A program made the translations under genes and the position numbers. The notes beneath the pieces were generated by a model. That model was not told the origin of the DNA, made no database searches, and saw nothing but the letters and a program-made list of their open reading frames with translations. This document shows, piece by piece, positions 1-12,829 of a DNA stretch of 64,000 nt. Each line of letters begins with the position of its first letter. The first letter of the stretch is position 1. Source of the stretch: Takakia lepidozioides (taxonomy: Eukaryota; Plantae; Bryophyta); the NCBI GenBank assembly GCA_030704615.1, contig CM060732.1, positions 33,046,001-33,110,000 of the forward strand. Reading direction: 5' to 3'.

Positions 1-3000
1 GGAGCAACATTTTGCAACAGGCCCAACAATTTCGTGCTGCTAAATACATCCTCTTCACTCTGAAAATGGCTGTAACAGGGAGGGAGCACCAACTCGTATC
101 TGAATGAATCAACTTTCAATGAAGTGTGCTGTTGGTGATACATATTATTGTGGATACATACACGCACTACAACAACAACTGAGAACTGCACAATATGCAT
201 ACAGAAGAGAAAGAGGGAGGCTTTATTATTCAAACACCCAATTTTTTCAATCTTAAGAATCTCTGGAGTTATGCATAACCGCAGATAATGTCTTTTGCAA
301 AATTGAGGATTGAGATGTAACCATGAGGCTGACACACAACTATACTGCTGATTTCACCTTTGAACTGGACCACAGGAAAGCACCTATATGTCACTTCCTG
401 GCACACACATCACAGCATGACTTTTCTCCGTACAGTCGGGCACAAAGAGAGGTTTCATTCGTTGGCAGATGATTATGATACTCATTAAAAATGACATACT
501 GTTAAGATGTACTTGACCTTATGTCAAATCTCAACAAATAGTGTCAATGCCTATGGCTGTAATGAGTAAAGAAGGCCTATAGGATTCACTAGTTTAACTT
601 TGGCAGCTGAATAAAAGTTGCCCTCTGCCAGAGTCTGGAGCCCATCAGTCACAAACAGATGGGACACTAGCTGGATTGAAATGATTGACAGTACAAGATA
701 CAACCTTTTGTAAGTATTGACTTTGATGACCCCTCCTCATAGGAATCACCACATTTGCCTAGCAGGCCTGGAAAAGGTCCAACATCTGGCTGGCCTTATG
801 CCATAGATCACATCAGCAATGCGGATTAATGGCTTGGTGGCCTTTCCTCACACGACGCCACATTCTGGCCTACCTCAGAACACATAAAGCTCTATTTCCA
901 CTTCCGTTCCACCACCATGGCATAAACTGAAGTGAGGTAGACAGCATAACGATCAACCAAAACCCGGAAAACTCGACCTGTAGAAAGCTGCCTGCTATCT
1001 GTCAACGAAGCATTCCCCCAAGATCCTGAAGATCCTGGGAAGGGTGCCGGTGCTCTTGTTGGTGAACATCAATAAAAACCCGGGTACAATTCTCAAGAGA
1101 CCTCCATTTGAAACCTAGTAATACTTGTTCCAAGGTGAAAGTCGAATTCTTGCCTTGCCCACTTGGAACTGCCAATAGATGTTGCCTTCCATCGTCTCTC
1201 GAGCAGCTCCCATGTGCAACCTTTGAACCACCAACTCCTTTGCCAGCCTTGGCACCCTCTACAAACCATGCTACAGTTGTCAAAGTGATTGCCCAATAAA
1301 AGAAAACAAACACGCAGCGCTAATGCTTGATGGAGGCCTCAAACATCGAGTATGATAATGATTCTTCAAACTACGGTAGTGACTTCAAACTTCAAACCTC
1401 GACTTCGAACTCTAAATTCTTTGTGCAGTACCTCTAAAAATGGTTACAGCTTGCATGGCAATTGGCTGTACAAAGACACTATTGACACCTAACAATGAGT
1501 TACCGACCACGTATCCCATACTCTGTGACACACGTGTCCTGCTGTTATCAGGCAAGACACAGTTTCACTCACTAGTATCGCCAAGCACCTATGCCATCCG
1601 CTCAAAGAGGTTTGCGATCGCTCACAGATTTGAAAACAGGCATGCACCCTGGGAGAGACTGGCAGACATCCCTCCAACACTTCACAACCAGGGCAATTTC
1701 GCAATCGGCTTCTCATGACCCACCAGCCACATCGAATGTTGGAGGAAATCTGCATCAAATGCACACCGCTATCCTCTCCCGATTGTTCGTCCAGCGCGCA
1801 ACAGGGTTTGCAGACTCCATAGGTACTCAGATACTCTGTACATATATCTCTACGTGCAGCAGCAGACGCTACATATACGGCAGTGTTGAGTAGCTACAAA
1901 GGGGGAATTATGCACTTTCCATTCCCCACAGCTTCTTCGCTTTCTATCACTGCTGCCTGCTACACTGTTCCTTGGACATCCAGAACTTACTTGCAGGAAA
2001 GGGTTCATTTTTCCTTCTGGCCGACCCGATTTGTGAGTTGTTATCAACAACGTTCGGTGCCGAATCCAGCGACCGAGTTGACAGGGAAAGTGGTGTTTAC
2101 TGTTTACACCCTCTCCCTGCACTTTTTGAGCCTACGGTCCCAGTCTGTCGTCACCCAGGTGAATCTGGGTTCAAATGCCGCTGCCTTCTCGGGGGTGTGG
2201 TATAATCTTTTCCCCTCCTTCCTTGGGTTGGGTTGGGAGAAATCTATGGTTTGCTTCCAAGTGGTGGATGGTGGTCGTGCTTCGATGAGTCACAGTCATG
2301 GGTCAGTTTGATTAGGTCTCTCTGACGTTGGACTAAGTCAGCACACCTCCTCTACCTCTGCTTAGGTATTCGAGAACGCAGATATGAGACTCATGGATCA
2401 CGTTCTAGTTGTGCGTACCGCGGAAGTTTCCCCTTTTCTGTTGTCTGATGCGCTTAGGGCCTGTAATTATCCGCAATCCAGCCCGACCATACGGTATCCT
2501 CGTCTCAGATCATAGTGGTTGAGAGACAAATCGGGTCCGTGCTTGCTTGTAGGATGACCGGCATTCTTAACAGATTCTTCTGAATTTCGAACGAGGTTCT
2601 TTGGATGCTTTCCACATCGCATCCTTAAAACCGGCTATTTCCTGACGGTTGAAGTGAAAGTTCAACAATTTTCTGGAGAAGTAGGCTTCTACATCAAGCA
2701 TCTCAATCCTCTTAGCATTAGAGAGCAGTGTAGACAGCAGGAAGAAGGCAGTTTTGTAGAGAGTAGGCGTGCAGCTGAAGTGGGAGCTCAGATGGAAGAA
2801 GCATGGAAGCAGATGGCAGAGATTGTTGATTGTTGATGGACGAATGTGATTTCTGGATCTTCTAGGAGACCTGAGGTTTCCTTATGCACTGCCAGTCCTG
2901 TTTTGTTATGTTTTTTTGTTGGGTATATGCACTGCTCCCCTTTGGCTCACCACACTAATGACCAACTTTCATCACAGATGTTAACCCCCTGTTTTTTCCT

Positions 3001-4387
3001 CAATTGTTCGAGAATTGTTTCTTACTAGAAAAGGGGATTAGTTCATACTCCACAGATCTGCAGCCTTGCTGAACCCAGATATTTGTTGAGGATACTGACT
3101 CGATTCTCATATGAGGTATGAAACTGTCTATTTAGCCAGTCAGCTTGGCCATGCAGAATAGCTGCTCCAGTAGCTATTGCCACATATAGAGTCAAGTTGC
3201 AGGTTCCTGAAAATTAGTTGCTGACTTGCATGCCCATTTGGCTGGCATGATCATATATGGAATCCAACATTGGTATGGTCAAATTAAGCTGTTCATATTG
3301 TGCTGAGGACTCGATTTTGACTGTTTTGGACCTGCCAAAGTAGTATTGCAGACAAGCACATTATTGAGTAGTCCTCAGAGGCTTACATTTTTCAACTCGA
3401 ATGTTAGGGGGATCAGTGAGATTTTAGGGGAATTTCATCTAGTGCTGTATTGACAGATCAGGCGGATCCGATTCACTCCATTTATTACTGGCCATGTGGT
3501 GTGTGAGATGTGAGCATGTTGCAAGCTTCTTTCTTTTATCGTTGGCAGGAGCAGACTCTTAATTGTGGACTTGCAATGCATCACGTAGAACATTGTGCAA
3601 TCCCCAATATGCTGCTTTGCATGTGCAGTGTTGTTTTACTAATTCTCAAATGCATTATGTATTTTGATTCTCCTTGTTTAAATCCTTCTGCTGCATTTTA
3701 ATGTGTCGTTTAACGTGAATGCAAGGGGGAGGGGTTTGTGGTGGGGAAGAGGGGGGATGATGGTTGTGATTAGCATATGGACTGCTGTTCCAGATCAGTG
3801 GTTGCTTACCTATGCACATGACTTCCTCATAGACCTTCTAAACTTTGTTTTCGCACATTTTTGCTGCAGAATATGCATGGTGGGCATCCACAGGCAACTT
3901 TAGCTCGGTTTCTCAAAGCACAAGAAGAGAATATTCCCAAGGCTAGCAAAACGGTGAAGGTCTCCCTATGCATTGCTTTATCAAGCTTCAGTACAAATTT
4001 AAAGGCCTTGGTAGTCCATGCTTGATATCAGTGCATTTCTTGGTTGCTCTTATTATGTTAGATGTTCTGATGGCGTTGTTCAAATTCAATGATATTTAGA
4101 AATTCTTTGATTGGAACAGAGATTCAAAATGAGATTTGTAGTGTCCTCCAGGCAATTATCTGTTTATTGCCACGAGTTCCAAATGTCAAAGTTTTGTGAG
4201 GAATTTCTCACAAGTTTCTCATCTCCTATCATGTCGCTTAACTAAAGTTGTTAGTAGGGCTTTGCTGACTGTAAAGTTTAACACGATGACAAACAGATGC
4301 AAAGCTGCATTGTATAGTTTTGTTGCATAGGAAACGTGTTGAGTTACTCGTTTCATTTTTTCAGTCTTCCTTGGGTCTCTTCCTATC

Positions 4388-5971
4388 TCAGATCTCATAC
4401 AAGTGTAGTGGCAAGCGAGGCGTAGCGAAGGCAAGCAACGGTTTGAGCTTGGGTGTAGTCAGGCCTTCCCTCTCTTCCATGTCGATGTCTGTAGCACCCT
4501 TCTCAAGCACAGGGGTCCAGTCAAAGCTGTGCAGCAGGCTTGCCAGGGCCAACATGACCATTGTGGTTCCTAGGGATGCACCTGGGCAGCCCCGCCGCCC
4601 AGCACTAAAAGGGATTATTCGCATATCTGCATCTTTGATCTCGACACGCATCTCTGTATCAACAGTGTGATTCTGGATGCCTTCTTCCAACCATCTTTCA
4701 GGTTTGAACACCTCCGCCTCGTCCTTCCATATTTCAGGGTTGCGCCCAAGGCCCCACCCGCTGATGAGGACCTGCGTTCCTTTGGGGATGGCGTAACCTC
4801 CGAGCTCGGTGTCCTCCATAGCCAGGTGCGGTATGACAAATGCCCCAGGGGGGTGCATCCGGAAGGTCTCCTTCACGACGCACTCCAAGTACTTCAGCTT
4901 CCCCAAATCTGACTCCAGGACCATCCGCTCAAGTCCTACCACATGGTCAATTTCATCTTGTACTTTGTGAAGCAGGTTGGGGTGCCTGATCATCTCCGCC
5001 ATAGCCCACTCATTTGTGACGGCAGAGGTGTCGGTTGCTGCTGCTATCATGTCCTGCACCAAGGCCTTCACGGTTGTGTCGCTCAGGTGTTCCTCCCCAG
5101 ACTCGCCTGGCAGGGATAATAAGACGTCTACAAAATCAGTTGAAGAGTCAAGGTCATCCTTCTTCTTTCTGTGTTCTTCAACAATGGAAGTGTGGAATGC
5201 GTCCATGCTTTTCTCCACTTGTATCATCTGCTTCTCATGTCCCCCAAAATCACACCACCTGAGAAAGGGCAGGTAGTCGCCGAGGGGGAAAACACCTAGC
5301 AGCCGAAACACTTCCTGTGTTACTTTTTTGAAATCCTTAGCTTCGCCTGGTCCTGCGTTTCCGGTACCAAAGTATCGCTTTCCCAGTAGCATGCGTGTCA
5401 TGATGTTCATAGACAGTGCTGCCAGCGCCTCCTTGAGATCGGAAGGCTGGTCCCGAGAGGCATCAGTAAAAATAGACTGCACCAAGCAGTGGGCCTCCTC
5501 TATGCGCTCCTTTTTGAAGCCCTCCAGACGTTTTGGAGTCAAGAGCTCCGTCAAACAGATGCGGCGCCCATTTTTCCAGTGATCTCCATAGGGTGCCATT
5601 GCAACATCACCACCACCATAGGCCAAGTGATCCATAGCGATTGTCTTTGGCCTGGATGCAAAGACATGGTCCTTTGTCTTGAGAACTTCCTTACACAGTG
5701 TTGGAGTGTCTATTACAACTGTACCGACTGAGCCCAGGCGCAGAAATATGATGGGTCCGTATTTCCTTTGTAGAGCATAGACGTTACGATGGGGGAGGCG
5801 TCCCAGACTTAGTAGATTGCCAATGATAGGCAGCCTGAGGGGCCCTGGAGGTAGTAGCTTGCCTTTATAGTACCTTCCGAAGAAATGCTCTAGCAGAGTT
5901 GCCAGTAGAAATGCCGGCACAATCACATAGAAGAAGGCTGCCATTACCTTGTCAAGCTGCTCTACTCCCAT
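4388..5971 (-). CDS. CYP703: Cytochrome P450, CYP703 family (fatty-acid in-chain hydroxylase, sporopollenin pathway); single exon, 527 aa
   Basis: N-terminal TM anchor, LPPGP hinge, FASRPKTIAMDHLAYGGGDVAMAP, I-helix MIAAATDTSAVTNEWAMAE, ETFRMHP, PERW and heme motif FSAGRRGCPG. The first two segments closely resemble CYP703A as I recall it. Confidence 0.88.
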   Translation of the reverse strand: MGVEQLDKVMAAFFYVIVPAFLLATLLEHFFGRYYKGKLLPPGPLRLPIIGNLLSLGRLPHRNVYALQRKYGPIIFLRLGSVGTVVIDTPTLCKEVLKTKDHVFASRPKTIAMDHLAYGGGDVAMAPYGDHWKNGRRICLTELLTPKRLEGFKKERIEEAHCLVQSIFTDASRDQPSDLKEALAALSMNIMTRMLLGKRYFGTGNAGPGEAKDFKKVTQEVFRLLGVFPLGDYLPFLRWCDFGGHEKQMIQVEKSMDAFHTSIVEEHRKKKDDLDSSTDFVDVLLSLPGESGEEHLSDTTVKALVQDMIAAATDTSAVTNEWAMAEMIRHPNLLHKVQDEIDHVVGLERMVLESDLGKLKYLECVVKETFRMHPPGAFVIPHLAMEDTELGGYAIPKGTQVLISGWGLGRNPEIWKDEAEVFKPERWLEEGIQNHTVDTEMRVEIKDADMRIIPFSAGRRGCPGASLGTTMVMLALASLLHSFDWTPVLEKGATDIDMEEREGLTTPKLKPLLAFATPRLPLHLYEI

Positions 5972-8900
5972 GTCTATCTCTTCTTTCTGTCCTTTTAATA
6001 CAGTTCAAAGAGCCTGTGCAGGAAATGAGCTGTCTCTAAGAAGGTGAATTTTTGGAAGTGAGGAGTGATGAGAGAGCTCAAGGGCAAGAGAACAGAACTA
6101 AGAAAGCAGGGTGCAAACCAAAAGGAGGAGGTACTAGTTGTGCAAACTGAAAGAAAAAGGTTTTGCTTTCAAGCTAAAAAGAAAACTTCCAGGGCTTTAA
6201 GCTTAACAGCCATACTTTTGGTGCTCAGGGCCAATCTCAGCCATACTTTTGGTGCTAAAATCAGCCATGTGTCTGGTGCTTATGCTGACCACTGGTGGGT
6301 GTTGGGTCTTTCCCCATCACATAGGTGTAACCTATTTTGACGAACAAGAGTGGCTTTTTCATTTGGTTATTCCTTGCAGAGCACCTTTACAGGCAGCCCT
6401 GGTCAGTTAGCCTGCTACGGATCTCCACAACTTAAGCTAGCATGTAAGCCTTTCCATGTACAACTGCTCTGTTTAATGTTGTGGTCACCTTTGCAGTGGA
6501 AAGGTTTGCCAGCTTTTCAGTGTTCTGTCCTGGTTATAATTTCATGTGCACTGGATCACATGCTAGCAATGTGCGTAGCCCTGTACTGTGAGATGCAGGG
6601 AATGAATGGGCAAATCCAACATTCAAAGACAAAACTGCGAAAACTGTCCACCCTGAAATTGGCCAGAGGATGGTCATCCACAGACATGATCAGAGGCAAA
6701 AGTGGAGAGAAAAGTTGTTTGAATGGTGTGACTGGTCACCTGGTGGTTGTTGCCCGATGCATGCAGAATTGGCAGGTTGGTAAAACATAACACAGCTCAA
6801 TATTAATCCATTGAACCCAGCTAAGGCTTCAACTATCAGTTCCATCCCATACGACAGCAGAAGAATCTGAATAAGATTTATTATGGAATTTGCAGGTGTA
6901 CTGCAATTGGAACCCTGTTAGAATCTTCAAAAGCTAAAGCAAGTTCCCCCTCCATTGCATCGCCTTCCTCCCTACCACGATTTTCCTGCCAGTCTTTCGG
7001 ACCCTTGCCCCCGACCTGCACAACTTCACACTCAGTACCAAAGAGAAGGAAGGAAAACAAACAAAATCTAGGGATTGGGATTATGCGTTACACTGCTGTG
7101 GACTTATTCCCCGTTTGCTTCTCCTTCGTCCACCAGGGGTTTGTGGAGGGAGCACATACTCTCTTCTCTTTGGACTCGGTAAGTGGTTTGGAAGGTGATA
7201 GCAGGTACTAGCAATATGCTGTGTGTACATTGGTTCACAGGACCAAGGAGGAACGGAGACTCTGAGGAGGCGCTCAGATTCAAGGAGAAACACACATACG
7301 GAGGTGGTCGTATTGCGGGATCTAGCCATGGCTGGACTGGTGTCATCAACCTAGTATTTGCACTCTATTTCTCTTTCGCTTCTGTCTCGTCTTTGAAATT
7401 GCAAGCCTCGCATCGGATCAAAGTAGAGTTTTCTAGGGCACAACAGACGTGTGAAGAGAAATGGGGAGTGAGAGGGGAGCAGAGATTAGGCCCTAGTGTT
7501 ATACTCGGAGTAGCCGGCTGTACTTGTGAGCCGTGACTGAGGCAAAAGAGAAGATAAAGAGATTCAATACTTTGTAACCCTTGTGACGCTGGGGTAAGGA
7601 CATGCATTTAGAAACAAGAGAGAGAAACCCAACAGGGAAGTCTGAGAAGAAGAGACAGATCTACTGATGAGACCGAAATTGCACAAAAAGATGAAGAGCG
7701 AGCTTGCACCTCGCTGAACCGCGATCGCAATTGCTCCGCTGCGAGGCTTGCACATCCGAGACGAGACAAATTCTACGGAGGGTTTCAGAGTTTATCGCTG
7801 CACTTCCTTATTGTACACTGTATCCGACAAGAACTAAACGTAATCCCTACACTAGATCTGTGCTGGCTGATTCGATACCCTCACTTTGTGGCAAAATGGT
7901 GAGGACTTGAGGAGCTGCCAGGGTACGGCAAGCAGCGTGCATGGCAGGGACCAGGCTCGTCTGCTCCACTTGTTCTGGAGGCATCTCGGGCTGCTACCAC
8001 ATGCCTCGCCGAGGCAACCCTGCTTGCAAGCCTGGGAACGAACAATCTTCAAACTCCAGTGGATGGCGGGACGATCGAGGCAATACGGTGATGTCTCTTA
8101 TGTACAGTAAAAGCTGACAACACAATGCGTTTATCTCTCTCTCTCTCTCTCTCTGCACACTTATATGGAATTGATTGTTGATAAATGTGATGGCATTGCC
8201 CTTCAACCCACGCTGGCCTGGCCCCACAGGCTAAGATTTCTCTTTTCCTATCTCTCTCTCCATTCACATAGACTCTTTTTTAGTCTCTTCTCCAATCCAG
8301 CACTGAAACTAGTGTCTCCTAGGTGTGTGTGGGGCTTTTGGTCTGTTGAATATGTGTTGGCATTGTTAGACTTGCAATGCAGGGAAGGATCTATTGACTT
8401 TTGCCGTGGAGGCAATAATAGCTGAGGGAAAGCAGGAATGTAGTGTGGTTGCAGATGCATTCCGGAGGCCCACATGTTAGTACCTGCGAGGAACTCTGGA
8501 TTGATAACCAGAAGAAACCTCCATGGGTAGACGTTCAAATGGAGAAGCTGGAAGCAGCTACAAATATGTCTGCTGCAAGCCCTGGAACAGTGGGGTCATC
8601 AGGGCTCATCCTGTATGGCAGCCCCTCCTCTTTTACAGATCCAGCCCTTGGGGACTTCTCATGTTTCTATTGTAGTTACAGCAGGTGTTCTGCTAAGTAC
8701 TCCTGATATAATTTCATGAAGGGAGAAAGTGAGATCACTTATGTCAAGGAAGAATGAGACCGACATGGAGCAGTTGTTGGGGAGGTACGGGAGGGGGTCC
8801 CGCAACCCAGAGCTTTACAGGGATAAGTTAGATGGGGTTCTTGGGAGTCCATCCATAAAAGGATGGTCTGGTAATGCAACTGGTGTCTGAGTTGGTACAT

Positions 8901-9001
8901 TTTGTCACAGCATGCTGTGATGTAGAAGGTTAATCAGCCTGTATTCTGCTATCTAGGCAAGAGCCTGTCCTCATGACGAGATATATTTTCGGCGAGTATA
9001 G

Positions 9002-11290
9002 TTGGTTGGAATGCACTCTGTGAGTTCAAGGTCTGTATTTGTTACTGAGATTTTTAAGTCATGCAGGGTGGGAGGCTTGAATCAGGCACAGTTGTTTGAA
9101 TCAGACACCCTGACCATGACCACTGCATTTGAAAGAGGACGAGGAGAGAGGGTCAACAAGGACTCTTCTTACACTTGTGGGGATGTGAGGACACTATGTA
9201 AGGCAGGACAGCTGAAAGAGGCACTGCAGATTTTGAACGAAGGAGGTATTTTTCCAGACTCCAATACTTATGCCTGTCTCTTGCAGGAGTGCATCAAGAT
9301 CAAAGGCCTAGCAATTGGAAAGCAAGTGCATGCCCACATTGTTGACCGGGGATGGAAGCCAAACGTCTTTCTACACAACACCCTTATGAACATGTATGCC
9401 AAGTGTGGAAGCCTGGTGGAGGCACGCCTAGTCTTTGACAAAATGCCTGAACGAGATGTGTTTACATATACTACAATGATTGGAGCATATGCCAGGCATG
9501 CGTGTGGTGTGGAGGCTTTTGATATTTATAAGCAAATGACATGGGAAGGGAAGACACCTGACAATGTCACATTCACCTGTGTCCTCAAGGCCTGTGCTAC
9601 CCAGGGAGCCCTGGAGAAGGGCAAAAGTGTCCATGCTGACATCATCAAAGCTGGAATTACGCCAGATATAATTCTGGAGACTGCCCTTGTGGACATGTAT
9701 GCCAAATGTGGGAGCATGAAGGATGCACATCAAGTGTTTGACAAAATGGCTCGGCGAGATGTGGTCTCATGGAGTGCGATGATTGCTAGTTACGCTCAGC
9801 ATGGGCGTGGCAGAGAGGCTTTGGAGACCTATGAGCAAATGATAGAGGATGGTGTGATTCCCAACCAGGTCACATTGGTTTCTGTTCTCAATGCATGTGC
9901 CAGCCTTGTGGCTCTGGACAAAGGCAAAGAGGTCCATGCTGACATCATCAAAGCCAGAATTGAGCCACATATCATGTTGGAGAATGCCCTTATTGACATG
10001 TATGCTAAATGTGGGAGTGGAAAGGATGCATGTCAAGTGTTCGACAATATGGCTCACCGAAATGTGGTCTCATGGAGTGCAATGATTGCTGGATATGCTC
10101 AGCATGGGTGTGGCAGGGAGGCTTTGGAGACCTATGAGCAAATGAAATTGGAAGGGATTAAACCCAACCAGGTCACGTTTGTTTGTGTTTTCAATGCATG
10201 TGCGAGCCTGGCAGCTCTGGAGAAGGGCAAAGAGGTCCATGTTGACATCATCAAAGCCGGAATTGAGCCTAATATCTTTCTAGAGAGTACCCTCGTGGAC
10301 ATGTACTCTAAATGTGGGAGCATGAAGGATGCCCGTCAAGTGTTTGACAACATGGCCAAGCAAGATGTGGTCTCATGGAGTGCGATGATAGCAGGATATG
10401 CTCAGCATGGGTGTGGTAGGGAGGCCCTGCAACTGTTTGAGCAAATGCAACAGAAAAATTTGAAGCCAGACGGTATTACCTTTACATGTCTCCTCTCTGC
10501 TTGTAGCCATGTGGGTCTTCTGGATGAGGGATGTCACTACTTTGCTTCTATGAATCGAGATCATGGCCTGACTCCTGCGGTAGAGCATTTTGGTTGCATG
10601 GTGGACCTTCTTGGCCGTGCAGGGCAATTGAATGAGGCAGAGGACTTCATTAACAACATGCCAATTGAACCAGATGCGTCGACATGGGGAGCTTTGCTTG
10701 GTGCCTGCAGAATTCATGGGAATGTGGAGGTGGCAGAACATGCGGCAAAATGGCTTCTCAAGTGGGATGCCCAACATGCTGCCACTTATGTTCTGCTATC
10801 GAACATCTATGCAGCGGCTGGCAGGTGGGAAGATACTGCAAAGGTGAGGAAAATGATGAAGGACAGAGGGGTTACAAAGGAGCCAGGTCGCTGCTGCATT
10901 GAGGTCGACAACCAGATGCATACATTCCTTGTGGGCGATAAATTGCATCCACGAATTGAAGAAGTAAGTGCTGAACTAAACAGATTGTCTGGGGAGATGA
11001 AGGAGGCCGGGTACATGCCTGACACGCGTTTTGTCTTGCATGATGTGGAGGAGGTGCACAAAGAATTTTCTCTGTGTCACCACAGTGAGAAACTGGCCAT
11101 TGCTTTTGGGCTCATCAGCACTCCACCTGGAACGCCTCTTCAGCTGATCAAGAACCTTCGGGTGTGTGGTGACTGCCACACGGCCACCAAATTCATCACA
11201 AAGATTGTTGGGCGAGCAATTGTTGTACGAGATGCCAACCGCTTTCACCACTTCCAAGATGGTGTTTGTTCGTGTGGAGATTACTGGTGA
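9002..11290 (+). CDS. PLS-class PPR protein with E1/E2 and complete DYW deaminase domain (organellar C-to-U editing factor); true start may be ATG 9116 or an upstream exon
   Basis: Regular L-S-P triplets, then P2-L2-S2, E1/E2, PG box (KEPGRCCIEV), HSEKLA, CGDCH and terminal DYW. Confidence 0.95.
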   Translation: MVGMHSVSSRSVFVTEIFKSCRVGGLNQAQLFESDTLTMTTAFERGRGERVNKDSSYTCGDVRTLCKAGQLKEALQILNEGGIFPDSNTYACLLQECIKIKGLAIGKQVHAHIVDRGWKPNVFLHNTLMNMYAKCGSLVEARLVFDKMPERDVFTYTTMIGAYARHACGVEAFDIYKQMTWEGKTPDNVTFTCVLKACATQGALEKGKSVHADIIKAGITPDIILETALVDMYAKCGSMKDAHQVFDKMARRDVVSWSAMIASYAQHGRGREALETYEQMIEDGVIPNQVTLVSVLNACASLVALDKGKEVHADIIKARIEPHIMLENALIDMYAKCGSGKDACQVFDNMAHRNVVSWSAMIAGYAQHGCGREALETYEQMKLEGIKPNQVTFVCVFNACASLAALEKGKEVHVDIIKAGIEPNIFLESTLVDMYSKCGSMKDARQVFDNMAKQDVVSWSAMIAGYAQHGCGREALQLFEQMQQKNLKPDGITFTCLLSACSHVGLLDEGCHYFASMNRDHGLTPAVEHFGCMVDLLGRAGQLNEAEDFINNMPIEPDASTWGALLGACRIHGNVEVAEHAAKWLLKWDAQHAATYVLLSNIYAAAGRWEDTAKVRKMMKDRGVTKEPGRCCIEVDNQMHTFLVGDKLHPRIEEVSAELNRLSGEMKEAGYMPDTRFVLHDVEEVHKEFSLCHHSEKLAIAFGLISTPPGTPLQLIKNLRVCGDCHTATKFITKIVGRAIVVRDANRFHHFQDGVCSCGDYW

Positions 11291-12829
11291 AGCAAGAGAC
11301 ATTCATTAAAGAGACTGCAATCCTGAGGACCATGAGACAAATCAGAAGACAATTCAAGTCTTCAAAGTGGAAGAGTTCCATTTCTTTACATTTCACTAAT
11401 CCGATGTTCCACATTGTCTAACAACTTCGGCAAAATGTCAATCACGGAAGCTAAAGTACGCTGATCATCAAATTGTTGTTCAGTAGTACTACCTTCATTA
11501 ATTTTGTGGTGGTTGACATGCCTTGGCAGGCAGGCAGGCAGGCAGAAGCTTGTGTATAGTAGTTTTGCAAGTTGAGCAGGATCATGCATCAATCTAGGTT
11601 TACTCAATGAAGCTGATGGGGAGATTCTAAAGTAAAGCTTATTTAGTGAGTAGAACACGATATGTGCGAATTCGGGGGAAAAGTTACACAACGGTAAGTA
11701 TGGTGGTTCGTGACCAGTGGAAAGTTGATTGGGGATGATGCAACTCAACCAGAATGGATTAAACTTGTTGGCATTCAGAAAGAAGCGTCATGCATTGGAG
11801 AAGATAGCACTGGTTGAAGATTTGCATGTGTGAACTCTAAGCAAGTGATGTTTAGAATACCCCTTTGATATTTGTCTCGCAAGAATATGGTTTGTTGTTC
11901 CAACAGTGAACCCTATTAGAAGCTTCAACAATCATTCTCACTGCATGAACTTGCCCCATTCTGCAACGCTTTGAACTTTTGCTTCTCACCTCCACTTCCA
12001 GTGTACCTGCTCCCCTAGTTAGTCATCTCTAGCAACTGTTTTCTTGTGTGGAGGGACACCAGTTGATACAGACAAACTGTGAATGCAGAGCATGCTGGCA
12101 CTGTTCTACTCTTCCATTTCTGCTGCACAGGCATATTACATGCGTAGAATACAATCTCCTGCTGAAGCAGGTGCTTTGATTGGTGCCACAGCCATTGTTT
12201 AGCAAGGGCAGCAATTCCCGTGCTTCCTGCCCTCAACCGAGGCAATGCTACATTGGTGTGGGTTGCGACTTGAGTTACAGTTCTTAGAGGTGACACTGTC
12301 CACAGAGATAGTGTTACAAACTGATAGAGATGGGGAGGAAAACAATAGAGATTTGATTTCCCAGAGGCTCACAGGCTACGAAGAGGAAGAATGGCGGACG
12401 GTTTGTAGCTCTCACCGCTGGTTGTCATGTAAGCATTACTGATCATCGACTGCAGCAGCAGGGGATCAAACAAAATTGGGAACTTAAGTGAAGAATTTGG
12501 GCCACTCTGCAGACTTTTCCGTCACACCTAGTTCAGGCTCAAAAACAATAAACGAAGGGAGACAGAAACACTGATGGGAAAGAAACCAAGATAAGAGACA
12601 GGGACCCTGAAACCCTAAACCCAGACTTTAGCAAGGCAACGGGGTTTATTGATCTGAGACAGGGTGCATCTTCATGTGTAGGTGAGTCTCCTTTACTGTG
12701 ATGGTACGCTGAAAGCATAGAATGCACGAGAAAGTGTAACCTGGGGTGTATTTTTATTGCCCATGTTCGAATTACAGTGATTTGAACTGGACGCCAAGAA
12801 GTGGATTCTAGAAATCGGGGAGGAAACAA

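Noticed and set aside
1-1800. Minus-strand gene at the window start (exon-like YELVLPPCYSHFQSEEDVF at <100 and RVPRLAKELVVQRLHMG at ~1150-1258)
   Set aside because: Plausible, but I could not build a consistent model or recognise a family.
9428-11414. Antisense and alternate-frame ORFs over the PPR genes (also 27260-28790)
   Set aside because: Shadow ORFs of repetitive coding sequence with no independent signal.
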